A stretch of DNA of 64,000 nucleotides from Octopus sinensis (GCF_006345805.1 NC_043015.1:16120001-16184000), one strand, 5' to 3'; positions 12,922-26,894 are shown, numbered from the stretch's first letter. Program-made: numbers and translations. The notes: generated by a model not told the origin, from the sequence alone.

Positions 12922-15399
12922 GTAAGTATTTATAATAATGAGAGCTGGTAATTATTAGGTGATCAATTTACTAGCCTACTAGTAGAAGGGCTTGAATTTT
13001 AAAAAAATTTTTATGGGTTACTGTTATTCTTGTAAATCACTATAGTCTGTAAACAATAATGCTACTGTAAATTTCTAGAGGTATTGAAGAAATATTTCTC
13101 TAAAATATGAAAAAATGTTTGGTTTGCATTATAATGTTATTTGAATATAATTTGCTCTTGTAAGTGAGATTTTTTCCTTTGAAATATAAGCAACCTTTGT
13201 TCTATGGTGATAAAATCAGGAAATTTTCAGAGACATATTTAAAGAAACCATTTGAATTTTAATTCACCAATGTGTAAAAAAATTTTTGAAGGAAAACCTT
13301 TACATTCTACTTCCTAACAGTTATAGCAGCATTCTTGTAATTACATCATTATAATATGTTACTGGTACCTGTTTCCATTGTTATTCTCATCTCAAAACTG
13401 ATATTCTACAAAAAAAAAAAAGAAAGAACAAAATTTATTAGAAATGGTTATATCATTTAATTTTCTTTACATCATCTGGTCCTTTTACATTTCAAACTAA
13501 CTACTTTGGATTTTCAAGGAAAACATTTTGAATTCTTTAGATTTTCTTTAAAACTTTCTAACAATAGAACACATTTGAATATTTCAAAAATAATCCAGCT
13601 GAAATATTCATTGAAGATACTTTCATCTTGAATTTTATCCATTTGTTATGAAATTCATCTTACATCTTTGCTTAATATGCGATATGGTTTCACACATGTA
13701 AAACCTTTAATCAGCTAAGATTAGCATGAAATTAGTAGACAAAAACTCCTTCTAGGGGGTCTTAAAAAATCTAAAAACAAGGAAGGAAAATAACTCTAAT
13801 AAAATAATTAATAAATTATTTTTGAAAATAAAGGCAATGCAAATAGGTGTGAATCCTGCCTTAACAGGCAACTGATGAAAGCAGCATTTATATTCGGTTT
13901 TATTAAACCGCCTCAGCAAATCACATACTATACTGTTGGCATAACTTAGAGGTGATCAATACATATAAAAAAAAAAAGAGAGTTTGTAGTGATACTGATA
14001 ATGAATATGAAGAGAAAAATACCTGTGAGAAGTCTTCAGTATACTAAATACATATGTGGCAGGCTTTCACATATGTATTATAATGGACTGAAAAGCTTTT
14101 GACTAACTGAGATTATCCATGCAAAAGATAATTTACCTTTACATTAATTTAGCACTCCTTTTCCAAATTGATCTACAAACTTTCTGTACATTGAAGTTTT
14201 GCCTGCATTTTGCATGGCATTATCTTGTGAACCAACCTAGTGATTATGTGATGAAAACTATTCAGCATAACTGCCCTTTCTGTGCCCAGAACTTAATTTT
14301 TTTGTGATATGTGATGTATGCAACTTTAGTTTTACTTGGTTATTCAATCAATTAAGGGATCATGTATGACTACTGTTTTACTTTGATAAATAATGTGGGA
14401 TTACATTAATGGATTTTATCAAAGCCATCTGTCCAAGATAAATATAATCTATATAACAATAATAATCTCTACTAATTAACAACATAACAATGGGATCACT
14501 GATAGAGCATTAATACAGTCAGATCCCAGTTGACTTTTATCCAGTGCAAGGTCAAAGAAACACAGCAACTCTGCTGATAATAAAGAAATAACATATACTC
14601 ATCACACACAATCTGACTATAATGAGTGCTTAAAAGGTCATAAAGCCAAAATATTGTTTTATAAGAATGTTTAACCTGCATATTATGGATTGAAACAACT
14701 ACAACTTAATGAAAAGAGTTGAGGCAGGAGAACATAAATAGGTTTCACCATTGGCTGTGATGCACAAACTCAATAGTTATTTATGTATTTGTGCAGACTA
14801 CAAGATAGGGGTAAATCCAAATATTTGCTCTGACTCTTATCTAACACCAAATATTAAAAAGACATTGCACAAGCTGGTAAGTATGTAATATCTTTAAAAA
14901 TTGATTCAGTTGAAAATTATCATCAAATCCAAATTTCTGATGAAACTCATGAAATAGCAATACTGAACACCCTCTTGGATTATTATACAGGACACATCCA
15001 CTATACAATATAAAAATAGCAAGCAATCATATTTCAGCATACCATTAAAGATGTATTAGGTGATATCACTGTTATAATAATTTATTAAGATGACTTTTGC
15101 ATTGGTGATCACACAACTGATATCCTGGAGGAGAAAGTAAAAGCAATTTTGTAAAAATGCACCTCCTATGATATGGCTTTTAATGAAAAGGAGAGCGTAT
15201 TTCATTCAGAAGAATTGACCTTCCTGGGAAATAAGATTTCCCAACATGATATTCAGTCAGACATTACTTCAACAAGAAGTAATCTTTTCTAACCACTTCA
15301 CCTTTCACTAGTCATCCTAAGAATACTTAGAAAGTGATGATATAGAATCATTGACTGCAAAAGTTCAATTTCTGAAGTGATTTTTTTTTTCTTAAATAG

Positions 15400-15543
15400 G
15401 AAGTAAAGGAGAAAGAGGAGAATCAGGATTTCCTGGAGAAGGAGGCTCTGATGGCAATCCTGGAATTTCTGGCTTGCCTGGACCTAAGGGAGATTCTGGT
15501 TTATCTGGTCTTCCAGGGCGTGATGGTGTGGATGGATTACCTG
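15400..15543 (+). CDS. COL4A2: Collagen IV exon H (144 nt)
   Basis: aatag|GA AGT AAA...TTA CCT G|gtaaat; [48 protein letters not shown]. Confidence 0.93.
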
Positions 15544-15626
15544 GTAAATATTCTTTTATTATTTGTTTTTGAGTCATCTGTATATAAATCTAAAATATTA
15601 AATAGTCATATATATGACAATAGACT

Positions 15627-15628
<2 letters not shown>

Positions 15629-15692
<64 letters not shown>
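15629..15692. repeat. (TA)n microsatellite abutting the mariner MITE
   Basis: Directly visible. Confidence 0.95.
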
Positions 15693-15696
<4 letters not shown>

Positions 15697-15895
15697 GTTA
15701 GTGCACAATTATTGCAGCTTTTTTTTAATAAATTTTATTCAACAAAAAGTTTAAACAAAACACCAGGCAGAAGTTGAAGTAGATGATGAATATGCTCCAG
15801 AATAATTGTTTTAAAATGTTTTTGTTAAATGTTGCTATTGTTTTTGTTGAATAAAATTTATTGAAGAAAGCCTCAATAATTATGCACCAAACTAA
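15693..15895. mobile_element. Mariner-type MITE (203 bp)
   Basis: TA on both sides. Imperfect TIRs of about 55 bp (TTGGGTTAGTGCACAATTATTGC... vs reverse complement TTAGTTTGGTGCATAATTATTGA...) resemble the TTAGGTTGGTGCAAAAG terminus of Hsmar1/MADE1-type elements. Confidence 0.75.
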
Positions 15896-16181
15896 TATTA
15901 ATCAAAATGCCCATAAAGACAATACAAGATCCTGCCCATTTTTCAAATTCTAATTAGTCTTTGCCACTTTTTCTATGCTCTATATTATTCTACACCCCAT
16001 AAACATCCCACATCACTCTAGAATTTCTTAATAGAGCAGGTTTTCTCACTAACTTTGTAACTACTAGTTCAATATAATAATGTTAATTACACTAAATCAA
16101 CCTGCCTCTCTTTCGTCCAACACTTTCAACAAATATCCTTCATAAATTATCAAATAATTTTTTAAATTTCAAAATTTTTAG

Positions 16182-16316
16182 GCAGAAAAGGAGATTCTGG
16201 CATCCCTGGTTTACCTGGTTTAAAAGGAGAGCCTGGAAGAGTTGCAGCAAAAGGTGATAAAGGTGAAAGAGGAGACTCAGGTTTACCTGGACTTCCCGGA
16301 AAAGATGGTTTACCAG
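16182..16316 (+). CDS. COL4A2: Collagen IV exon I (135 nt; contains RGDS)
   Basis: tttag|GC AGA AAA...TTA CCA G|gtatgt; [45 protein letters not shown]. Confidence 0.93.
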
Positions 16317-17172
16317 GTATGTTGACCTTATTTCCAATGTATATGGAATATTTCTATTTTTCATTAATAAGACATATAAAAGAAAAATCTAAACCTTAAT
16401 CAACTAGACATATCACTTCTCAATACACCTACCCCTGAGAAATGCCTTCATTTATAAGATTTACTATTGTTATTTGGAAGATCCAACAAACTGTTGATGG
16501 AGACCTCTAATTATAAGCATTTGGATAATTTATCCCATTCACTGCTGCATGGACGATATAAATATTTTATTTTTCATACTGATCTGAGTAGTTTCTCAAG
16601 TTTGTAACAATGTACAATGTCAACAACCTTAACTATGGAATGGAATCAAAGACTTGCTCAAAATGATTAACATAACAAAACATTGTTATGAATATCTATA
16701 AACTAATGCATCAAAACAGAAAGAAAACCTTTTATAAAACATGGAGTTTTCATGGATCCTGCGAATATCAAATAAATTTTCTTAACATCTTCATAATTTT
16801 TCAATATAGTCTAGATTTGAAGACAGAACTTATCAGCAACATTTTTATGTCCTTATAGCTATTTACCTTTGTAGCAACCATCACTAATACATCATGGAAC
16901 AATTTTTTTTGTGTATTATTGACAATTATAATATTTTGCTATACTATCCTATCACCAAATAAATGCAGTTACACTTTTTAAGTTATTTTACAGAGTCATC
17001 ATCTGAACTTGATATCATTATGCAAATACTTTATATATATTTACTTCTTCTTGGTCTATCTTATTAATTCTCTCACTACATCCATTCCTATTTTTCACAA
17101 AATATGTACATTTTGAAGGTTCTTGCTTGTTTTTTTGTTTCTGTCTGAAATGCGATTTATTCTTTTGTTTAG

Positions 17173-17348
17173 GTAATGATGGTTTGCCTGGTATTTCTGG
17201 GCCTAAAGGAGAACCTGCCTATAGTCATTCAGGTCAAAAAGGAGAGCCTGGACCTGCTGGTTTGAATGGTCGACCAGGTCCTGATGGTCTACCAGGAGTT
17301 AAAGGTGATCCAGGTTCACCTGGTTTCCCTGGAATGAAAGGTGAATCA
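17173..17348 (+). CDS. COL4A2: Collagen IV exon J (176 nt, ends in phase 0)
   Basis: tttag|GT AAT GAT...GAA TCA|gtaagt; [59 protein letters not shown]. Confidence 0.92.
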
Positions 17349-18888
17349 GTAAGTATTTGAGGGAAAGCCCAACATTGTTAAGTTTAGACTACTCTAAATA
17401 GTAGTTAAATTTCCTAGTATATATCGTTGCCTTAACTAATTTATTCAAACTAAGTTAGACACTCCTCCCTTGAATTCATTAAACTGTAATGGGTAATATA
17501 CAAGAAAAGGTCTAAACTTGAAACAAGGCAGCCTTCAGAATATCTTTTTAAAGCTAGAAATAAACTTTGTGGTAGATGAAGTCTTAAGACTGAAAATTAA
17601 CATTGGAAATGTTAGCTCAAAACTAGTATATTTATGAAAAAACCAGTGACATGCAACATGGGAATTGACATTATCAATTTATTTAATAATATTGATTTAC
17701 AAAATGTTAATATGTCTTAAGGTGTTTAGAAAATATCCAATCATCACATATACAGAGCACAAATATATTGAAGATTGCAAATAAAGAAGTTTCTTGTAAC
17801 TCTGTACTCAGTAGAGTTTAGTGGTAAAGCGAGTCAAGTTTGAAGTTCTAATTCAGCCTACAATGGAGAAAAGGATTGATCAGTTGTGTTATACTTATCC
17901 ATTTTTTTTTTTTTTGTGGATATATTATTTTGAAAATTCATTCATAACACACAGTGTTTTCATTTTGGCATTGCAACTACATTGCTTGTAGGAATTTTTT
18001 ACTATTTTATATTATATAGGTCAGGTGACTAATAGAGGACCATCAAGAATACACAGTCAGGGCAACTAGATTCAATATATCCAGACTGTTTTACTATATC
18101 CCACATAGTTAACTATTGCATTGAGCAATATGACTTCATGCCAGGCTGAGGTATGGCAGTTGCACAACAAATGTATTGCTTGTCACATTCAATTGTCTCC
18201 TGCTGTATCATCATCAACAAGCCTGAAATAGAATATCTTTTCAAAAAGTCAGTTGCTACACCATCTAGAGTAGCAACAAGCTGAATTTGCTCTGTTTTCA
18301 ACTCACCCATTATTATTCTTCAGTAATTAAGAAAAATAGGTAACATGAAAAAAAAGGTAAAAGAGGATTTAATTGACAAGATAAATGGTAGACAGTAGGA
18401 AAACAAAAAAGAAAGAAAAATACGTGGATTTTTTTGTCCGAAACTTCTGCAGGTTGTAAACTGGCAAAGTTAAATTACAACAGGAATGGAAAGTACAAAG
18501 CGTGCCTTGGCTATTTTGTAGTAATTGATAGATTAGAGGAGTTTGTAAATACAGCAGACTAAAATAACTGCTAAGCACCAGAAGGAACAGATCCATTCAT
18601 ATTTGCAAACAAACCAGTTAAATTGCAAGTTTAATTTGGACTTACCTTCTAGATTGACAAAGTTCTGAACGAAATCACACTTTAGTTTTACAGAATGATC
18701 AGGAGATTTCTTTCCCTCAAAACAAGCCCTATAAAAATTTTTACACAACAATTGACTACCAAGATTCATTTTGTTTTGGCAAATATTTTGACTTTGTCAA
18801 AAAGTTTTATCCCAATTTTTGTAGAGGAACTCTTTCTTTCATCAGCACATATTAAAAATATTTTAAGTCAACTTATTCTATTATTTAG

Positions 18889-18952
18889 GGAGTACCTGGC
18901 TTTGCTGGACCACCTGGAAATGATGGATTGGATGGACTTCCTGGAATGAAAG
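18889..18952 (+). CDS. COL4A2: Collagen IV exon K (64 nt, starts in phase 0)
   Basis: tttag|GGA GTA CCT...ATG AAA G|gtatgc; GVPGFAGPPGNDGLDGLPGMK; the phase matches exon J. Confidence 0.92.
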
Positions 18953-19401
18953 GTATGCACACAATTTACAGAGGATTTAATTTTTATTCATAATACTTTA
19001 TGTATTTTTGTTTAAAAAGAAAAACAGCCTTTAAGAGAAAATATTGATTCCATGTTAAATATATTTTTCTTTAATTTGAGTTAGACTCATTCTTTTCACA
19101 GGAATTTCTTTAATACTTTTTGTTGTTCCTAAACAAAGTACTGTAACTGAGCATTTTCAAAAGTCATAATTTCAAACTTTGTATTGTTAATGTAGTATTT
19201 GACAATGCACTTTGCACTATTTTCTCCTGTGGGGAGCTGAAAGCACAACAAATAATTGTTTAAGTTTGTCCATAGCTACAAGAAAAAGTATGATGAGAAC
19301 TTTTCTTCATCATATTAGGAGATCAAAGTAGAATATAGGAAGTTCAAATGACCTGTGATTGCAAATCAATCTCTTCATCACCAGATATCTTATGAAAGAT
19401 A

Positions 19402-19826
19402 TTCTCTCTCTTTTACTCTTTTACTTGTTTTCAATCATTTGACTGCGGCCATGCTAGAGCACCGCCTTCAATCAAGCAACTCGACCCCAGGACTTATTCT
19501 TTGTAAGCCCAGTACTTATTCTATCGGTCTCTTTTTGCCGAACCACTAAGTGACAGGGACATAAACACACCAGCATCGGTTGTCAAGCAATGTTGGATGG
19601 GACAAACACAGACACACAAACACACACGCACACACAGACACACACACATATATATATATATATACGATGGGCTTCTTTCAGTTTCCGCCTACCAAATCCA
19701 CTCACAAGGCTTTAGTCGGCCCGAGGCTATAGTAGAAGACACTTGCCCAAGGTGTCACGCAGTGGGACTGAACCCAGAACGATGTGGTTGGTAAACAAGC
19801 TACTTACCACACAGCCACTCCTGCGC
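19402..19826 (-). mobile_element. SINE (third family, with internal (CA)/(TA) tract)
   Basis: The - strand head is gcgcaggagTGGCTGTGTGGtaag...GGTTCAGTCCC. A decayed + copy lies at about 39588-39965 and a fragment at about 36710-36830. Confidence 0.8.
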
Positions 19827-22475
19827 TTCATACTTTATAATTTTATAGAATTTTTTTCTTTTCGTTTTAAAAATTGTCACATAAAGCTTGAATTTATGTT
19901 ATGTTTAAATAAGATACTATTCTTTTTTAAAAAAATATTTCCTAGTAACTAATGTTATATTCCTGATGATTCCATGAACTGGAGTACAGATAATTAAATG
20001 TCAAACTCTAAGACATAATGGAAATATTTTATTAGAATAGTTCTAATGCATTATTTGTAGATTATGAACATACAACTCAAGAGCTTTGTGTAAAGTTGAA
20101 TTTTGAGTTTATTCTTTCTGTTATTGACACCAGATAATATTAAATATTATTTGGGTAATCAACCCACAAGAAAAAAGAGCACATATATATTAGCTTTCAA
20201 AGTTGTCTTGACACAAGTGAATGAATAGGCAGGCCACTACTAGAAACTATAGGTATATTTAGCAAGATGACAGCTGAGATTAAATGAGCAAACAGAAAGT
20301 GATGCAGTAAAATAGCATTCAAAAGTGAATTTACATCATGACAGCAAAAATTACAATATATTTCCAGCTATCAGTAATCATATGGCTGGATTCATGGGCT
20401 GATAGCAATGAGAAAAGAAAAATAATACAGTAGTATGGGTTACATTCTCTTATTATTAATTTGTTTTTAATGGTCTCAAAAAGAAAAGCATGAATTTATA
20501 TAGTAATAATCATTTTATCGAAAGATAATATTTCCTTTACTCTGTTTTCAAATGTTATATGGTTTTGATATTTGGAAAAAGATGAAGCTAAGCAGTTCTG
20601 GAAATAAATCAAATTCTTCATATTGACTTTTAGTACTTGTTATCATCATTGTCATCATAAGTATTTTTTTGCAAGAAATTATTTAACAGTATTTTCCAAT
20701 TCCCCTCTTACATTAGTTACCCATTGCCAATGAACAATTTCCCTTCATATCTGTTGTTTTTGATTAACATTCAGCATCTTTATTCTGAATTGAACCAGAA
20801 ATAACAAAGTGGCAAAAGCAAATTTGTCAAATGAAAACATACAGTAAACAGCTAAACCATGACACTCCATGAATTTGTTAAAAAATATCCTATTTGAAAC
20901 ATTTCCAACATATCTAAATCACTCTGGAATAATGTTCATGGTTTGATATCATTGAACAAAACACATGTTCTCAACATGTGCATTATAGTGTGTAATGAGA
21001 TGTTCTGTTTTCAAACAGACCAATAAGCTGAAGATGCTAAATCAATTCTATTCTGATATGTAACAATACAGTAATTTTGTTTTCTTCTAACCAAATTCGA
21101 CATTGACAATCCATAACAAGTATATTAAGAACAAATTTCAAAGCTATATTTTAGATATATCAGAAAAGCTCTTAAGCTCTGTCCTTTCGGTCACCATAAA
21201 TTGCTGCATTGTCAAGCTTTTCTGGCCAAAATGTATAATCTATTCCATACTGAACATGCTCTTCATTATCATATTGGTAACTGCATTGAATAACAGAGAT
21301 GAGAATATATAACAACCTAGTGTGACACTAGTCCATTAGAAAATAAATATTTGATATTTAATCTGTAATTTTCACTGCCTGAACTAAACAGTTAATACAC
21401 TTGTAGCAAATGGAGAAGCTTTCATGATACACCCTTGGCTTCAAAGATTTCCAGAGTATTTGTCTGCTTATAATATCAAATATATATTTCTTTCACGGTT
21501 GTAATAGCAATAATTAGTCATTTGCTATAATGAATGAATCTTTCCCTAATTTGTTTAAATAGAAAACTTTAATTGCAGCAACTGCAATTTAGGTTGATTT
21601 TCACTTGTTCCTTTTCACTTTAAGTGTAAAGTGTAAAGGGAAATAAAAACTTTGCCGACATTTGACAACATTCATCTCAGCCAGTTCTTGCCAAAACCAC
21701 AATTGTCTCTTTTAAAAAACTGATACAATCATGGTATTCTTCCAACTATTTGAATTTTTCACTAATTGAGACAAGATACAATAATGATTGTAGTTTAGAG
21801 AGTAGTAAATAGACACCAACTTCAATATTTCAGATGATGTTTCATCCATACATGAAGCTTTGTCATCTAATAATTTATCAACATCTATAGAAGATGACTC
21901 ACTAAAAACAGTTCTCAAAAGTGATATTCACTTGATGTCTCAGTTGGATAATCATGATTATTTAAACATTAAAAATATTTCTCTGTCTTTAAACTTTCTA
22001 TTGTTTAAGTGAAGTGCTTACCATAAGATTTTGAATTTACTCTGTAATTTCATATACTTTCACATTAACTCAATGTAGAAACTGGAAACGATTTTGGCAT
22101 TCATTTTTTTTTTTTTTTTACACACTCCTCCATATCTCTGGCAGCTCAGTTCCAAGGATATTTCTGTAAGCATTTAGATTATAATGTTTTTTCTACAGAC
22201 ATTTCTTAAAGCAGAATCAAACAACAGACTGTAATTGATGGTAGCTGATGCTCCAATGTTCCATGGGGAAGAAAAAGTGGCATTACAGATTACTAGACCA
22301 TTTGTAATACTGTGAACTTTAATGAATTAAAATACATTATTATTGGAAATTTTTCAGGAATATTTTCTTCCATTGAGCATAAAAAATCAGAAACAAGTAT
22401 TGTTTTCTTTTAGTCTACTCTTTACTATCATTTTCTTAGTTCATTTTCTGGTGAAACTACTTTTTAATATTATAG

Positions 22476-22655
22476 GAGAACTTGGTTTACCTGGCAGAGA
22501 TGGTTTATCTGGTATTAAAGGAGAACGTGGTCAAGATGGGTTGCCTGGCATTCCTGGTGATAAAGGAAGTTTTGGACCTCGAGGCAATGATGGCCTGCCT
22601 GGTCTTTCTGGGCCAAAAGGAGATCCTGGTGCAAATGGACGAGATGGTGGTTTAT
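22476..22655 (+). CDS. COL4A2: Collagen IV exon L (3' end ambiguous: 22646, 22649 or 22655)
   Basis: tatag|GA GAA CTT...; [57 protein letters not shown](GGL). The best-consensus donor is GTAAGA at 22656. Weaker in-phase GT donors lie at 22647 and 22650. Confidence 0.85.
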
Positions 22656-23648
22656 GTAAGAAATGCTATTTTTCTTATAATTATTTATCATTTTAAAATC
22701 TTTAGTACTGATCTAGTGCTACAGTAATTATGCTATTTGTTATATGTCATCCATTAGGATATATCATTAAGCAAATTGCACAGCTGCTACCTTAATTTAT
22801 GTTCTATTTATATATGCATTCACATATAATGTGCATTTCTAATTAGGAGGAAAAAAATATATCTCATATAGAATATGCGTTGATTTTTTTTTAGAATTTT
22901 CATGAATAGAATAAGGAATTTAGACAGATTTATTATAATTGCTGTATAAAGTACATTGGGCAAGTTTGCACGTCCTAATCAGAGCAAACAGAAATAGCAC
23001 TTTCAAAAAACCTTTGAATTTTACTGGTGTGGGCCATAAAAGTGCATCTACTTTAAAGTCAGCATAATGAAACTCATATAATCATGTTTTTATTTATTTA
23101 TTTTCCTGGAAATCAGCTTAATTTTGATAATGACAATGTATTTAAATAGTTTATATTCCATTTTACAATTCACTATTTGCAGTGAAGCACATATGGTTAT
23201 ATTGTCACAGAGGAACAAAGTAATTATAAATTATGCTTGGATATTTTAAACCACCTACCTCTAACTTGACTATGATTCCTTTTTTAATAAAAGCATTCTT
23301 CAGTTTTATGTTTTAAACATCAAACCATCAGGATGTGGCAATATTTTTAACCAAGTTTTTTAATTAAAAGAAGTAGAATCTTAATTAACTGAAACATAGT
23401 ATTTTAAATTTTAGAGTTAAAAAGTTAAATTATAAATAGTAAAATTATGAAATGTACCTAAGTCTTTTCAATATATTGTTTCATATGTACATTACAACAA
23501 GGATATATATTTCAATAATCCACAATAATGAGAAATAACACAAAGGTATTCCAACATGGCCATCCATTCTATATATTGTTTAACATACATGTGATATAAT
23601 TTAATACAATGTTAAAATCAGCAAAGAAAATAAGTGGGAATTTATGCA

Positions 23649-23785
23649 TATTAATATTTAGCAGAAATAACAGAATAACTCAAAGTCTGAGAGTTTGTGC
23701 ATTGGCACTTATTAAACTTAATAAGTGCCAATACACAAAACTCTCAGACCTTGAGTCACTCCGTTACTTCTGCTAAATATTAATA
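23649..23785. repeat. 137-bp intronic palindrome (67/68-bp arms, 2-nt loop)
   Basis: Hand alignment of the arms gives 6 substitutions and 1 indel. Confidence 0.9.
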
Positions 23786-23855
23786 AAAATATACTTATAA
23801 CTCATATTTTGAGTTCCATTTTTCCTGATTGCATCAATATACTTGTGTGTGTGTG

Positions 23856-23895
<40 letters not shown>

Positions 23896-24009
23896 TGCAT
23901 ATATATATATATATATATAGATAGATAGATAGATAGATATATATATATGAAAGACATTATAGAGTAACATTTGCTGTTTCTAACAATAATCTTTTTCTTG
24001 CTACTTTAG

Positions 24010-24117
24010 GTGAAAGGGGTCCTGCAGGAAAACCTGGCTTACCTGGTCCTGATGGTCTTCCTGGTCTTTCTGGTCCTAAAGGAGAGAACGGTTGGGCTGG
24101 ATTCCCTGGAGGTGCAG
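24010..24117 (+). CDS. COL4A2: Collagen IV exon M (108 nt)
   Basis: tttag|GT GAA AGG...GGT GCA G|gtaaga; [35 protein letters not shown]. Confidence 0.92.
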
Positions 24118-24517
24118 GTAAGAACTTGGAATATTCAATTAAATTTCTTTAGTTTATATGATTACAGTTTGCTGTGATTTGCCAAGCAATTAGTGAGGAT
24201 GAAACATTAATCAAATTTAGTATTTTAAAACCAATATATTGAAACATCGAAGAGAATATATTTAATCTTTGATAATTAAGTGGTAATTATGTAAATAAAA
24301 AACAAATATAGTGACGTACTTCAGAGTAGTCATTTTAGATCTGGTCATTCCATTTCCAGTAATTTGTTTAGATTACATATTTTCTATGAATTCTACTAAA
24401 TTAGATTATTTTTATGCTAAACATAAGCTTAATAAACAAACAATGTAATACTTTTACCCAAGTCAGGATATCCTAATATGAACACACACACACACACACA
24501 CACATGCACACAAACTC

Positions 24518-24563
<46 letters not shown>

Positions 24564-24768
24564 TTTCTCTTTAACTCAGTAGTATCAATTATTTCTGCAT
24601 ATAGCTTCACATTGATCTCTAATATTGGTCTCCATTGGTATGTTATAAAGAAAATAGTCTATCAATGACCAGATGCAGGAACAGAGAAATCACACCCTCC
24701 CAAAATTACATAAGGTTCAAAATTAAAGTAAAGCTAAATGAATAATTTTGCTTTAATTCTATTCATAG

Positions 24769-24840
24769 GAGATAAAGGAGATAGAGGATACCCAGGACCT
24801 AAAGGTCGTGATGGTCTTTCTGGACGGCAAGGCAAGAAAG
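24769..24840 (+). CDS. COL4A2: Collagen IV exon N (72 nt)
   Basis: catag|GA GAT AAA...AAG AAA G|gtaaga; GDKGDRGYPGPKGRDGLSGRQGKK. Confidence 0.92.
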
Positions 24841-26891
24841 GTAAGATGCAATTCATATTTTCACCATATCATATTGATATGTAGATATAGAGTTCCTTTT
24901 TTTTTTCACTTTGAAGATTCAATTCACTTTATATTTGTCTAGTTGGAATAATTGTTACTTTATTCTAATTTCTTTACTAATATCACAATCAAATATTTTG
25001 AATAAAACTGAAAAAAATCTTCATGTAAAAGCATATAGGCCATCGAAAGTGATAGTGGCTTAAAAACATACCTAATTCTTTGTTCTATGTATATATATCT
25101 ATGTAGATATTTGCATATGTATAAGTGTTCAAATGACATGTATACATGGATACATGGAAGTAGTATGTGTGTGTGTGTGTATATATGCATGAGTTGTGTG
25201 TATGTATGTATATGAGTGTATATATGTGTGAGGTGTGTGTGTGTATGCGTGATTCAGTTAATCAAGCAGTTTGAACATTCATCATTGAAGCCCACACAAG
25301 ATATATTTATATTAGGAGTGAAAGTTGTGGGATGCAAGTGCTCCGACATTAAGTAGTTATAAGATCAAAAATTAAAGTGGAGAAAAAATATAAAATGAAG
25401 AAAGAAAATAAAAAGTAGAAGAAACAGTATGTACACATTTACAGGTATAATACACCAAACACTCAATGAGATATCTTTATGAGCATTCAAACCTGCAAGA
25501 AATAGAAACCAAATCTCCCTCAGATAACACCCTACAGTCTTGAAAAGATTAAGGCACATTTAGTGATGTAGTCTCAAATATGCAAAACCAAAGAGAAGGA
25601 CAAGGTAGTAGTAGCTGGAACACCTTTAATTACAGAATGTCTGCCTTGTTAGGAAGGGTCTGGAAATAAACAATAACACATATAGAAATATAAATCAGCA
25701 TTAAGGGTTCTAAAAGTACAAACAAAGTATGAAGAATAACGTACTTCTTATGCTTGTCAGTGAGAGAAGATCAATGAAGATAGTCTACAGAGTTATCTGG
25801 TAAATTTAAATGTTGGCTGTTGTTACAAATATCAAGGAGAGGGTCTCAGAAATGGTAATCCACATAGTATCTCATTTTGCAAGCAGAAATGTGCCGTGCA
25901 GAGCAAGCAAGCAATACAGTACATGGTTGTAATGAAATTCAGTTAGAGTTGTCAGAGATATAAACTTGGATTTCAAGTTGGTTATGACTGTTGTATAGAT
26001 ATAAAAGAGGATGACATGGTATGGTATGGTATCTAGGTGGAAAGGAAGAATACATTTAAAGGTACTGGATTGGGTGTAGATGGGAACAAGAGAATTGATA
26101 GCCAAGATGTCAAATAGAAAGAGGGGAAGAAAATATTCTTGAAAACTAGAAGTGATTTTAGGTTGTACTATAAGAAATAGAAATTGCAGCAGATAATGGA
26201 ATGATGGTAGAAGGCAGAGCTGTCAGAAGATGGAGATGTGGAAGAGGAATTTACTTCTGTATACCTATGTGTAGATGGCAGGAGTGCTGTAATTTTATGG
26301 GAAACCATAAGTAAAGAAGAAATTATATATTTCTTTGGCTTTGAAGTCCAAGTCTTTACAACATAGCCAACAAATTTAATGTGTCAGATAAGAAGAAGAA
26401 TTTAGATATGAGTGAATTATAAATAAGTTTGTAATGTACAAAGCTGCAAAAGTAGGCACTATACCAGAGAAGCCAAGGAGCTAATGGAAGTATCTCAGAT
26501 AGTAGAGTACAGAGTGAGAATTGTTGATGAACAAGATAAGGCAATTGTGTTGTTTTCTAGTGAATAAAGGAAGACTGATACAGTAACCATCATCATCATC
26601 ATCATGTGTCTGTTTTGGCAGGATTTTTATGGCTGGATTCCCTTCCTAACACCAGCCATCCCGCAGAGTGGATTGAGTGCTTTTTATGAGGTGAAATCAG
26701 TTTTGGCAAGGATTTTACATCTGGATGCCCTTCCAAATGCCAGCCACTTTAGAGTGTGAATTGGATACTTTTTATGTGGCATCAGTACTGGCAGGGTCAC
26801 CAAGTAACTTGCAAGACTAGATTGGAGGAGATGATCTTGTATCAGATGATAAAAGGTGTCATGCTGTAGAGAAGGTACATGGTTACCCAGC

Positions 26892-26894
<3 letters not shown>

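Noticed and set aside
13871-13900. Other CTGATGA hexamers (13872, 14937, 19963, 37891)
   Set aside because: None has a stem II followed by GAAA and a closing stem I, so they are chance matches in AT-rich DNA.
25330-26540. Purine-rich stretches that look like very old CR1/L2-type LINE debris (also about 450-840, 6870-7480, 14360-14990, 33220-34620, 35590-36480, 46850-48170)
   Set aside because: Only faint motif remnants (e.g. GFNLP near 33800). I cannot assign family or boundaries without a repeat search.
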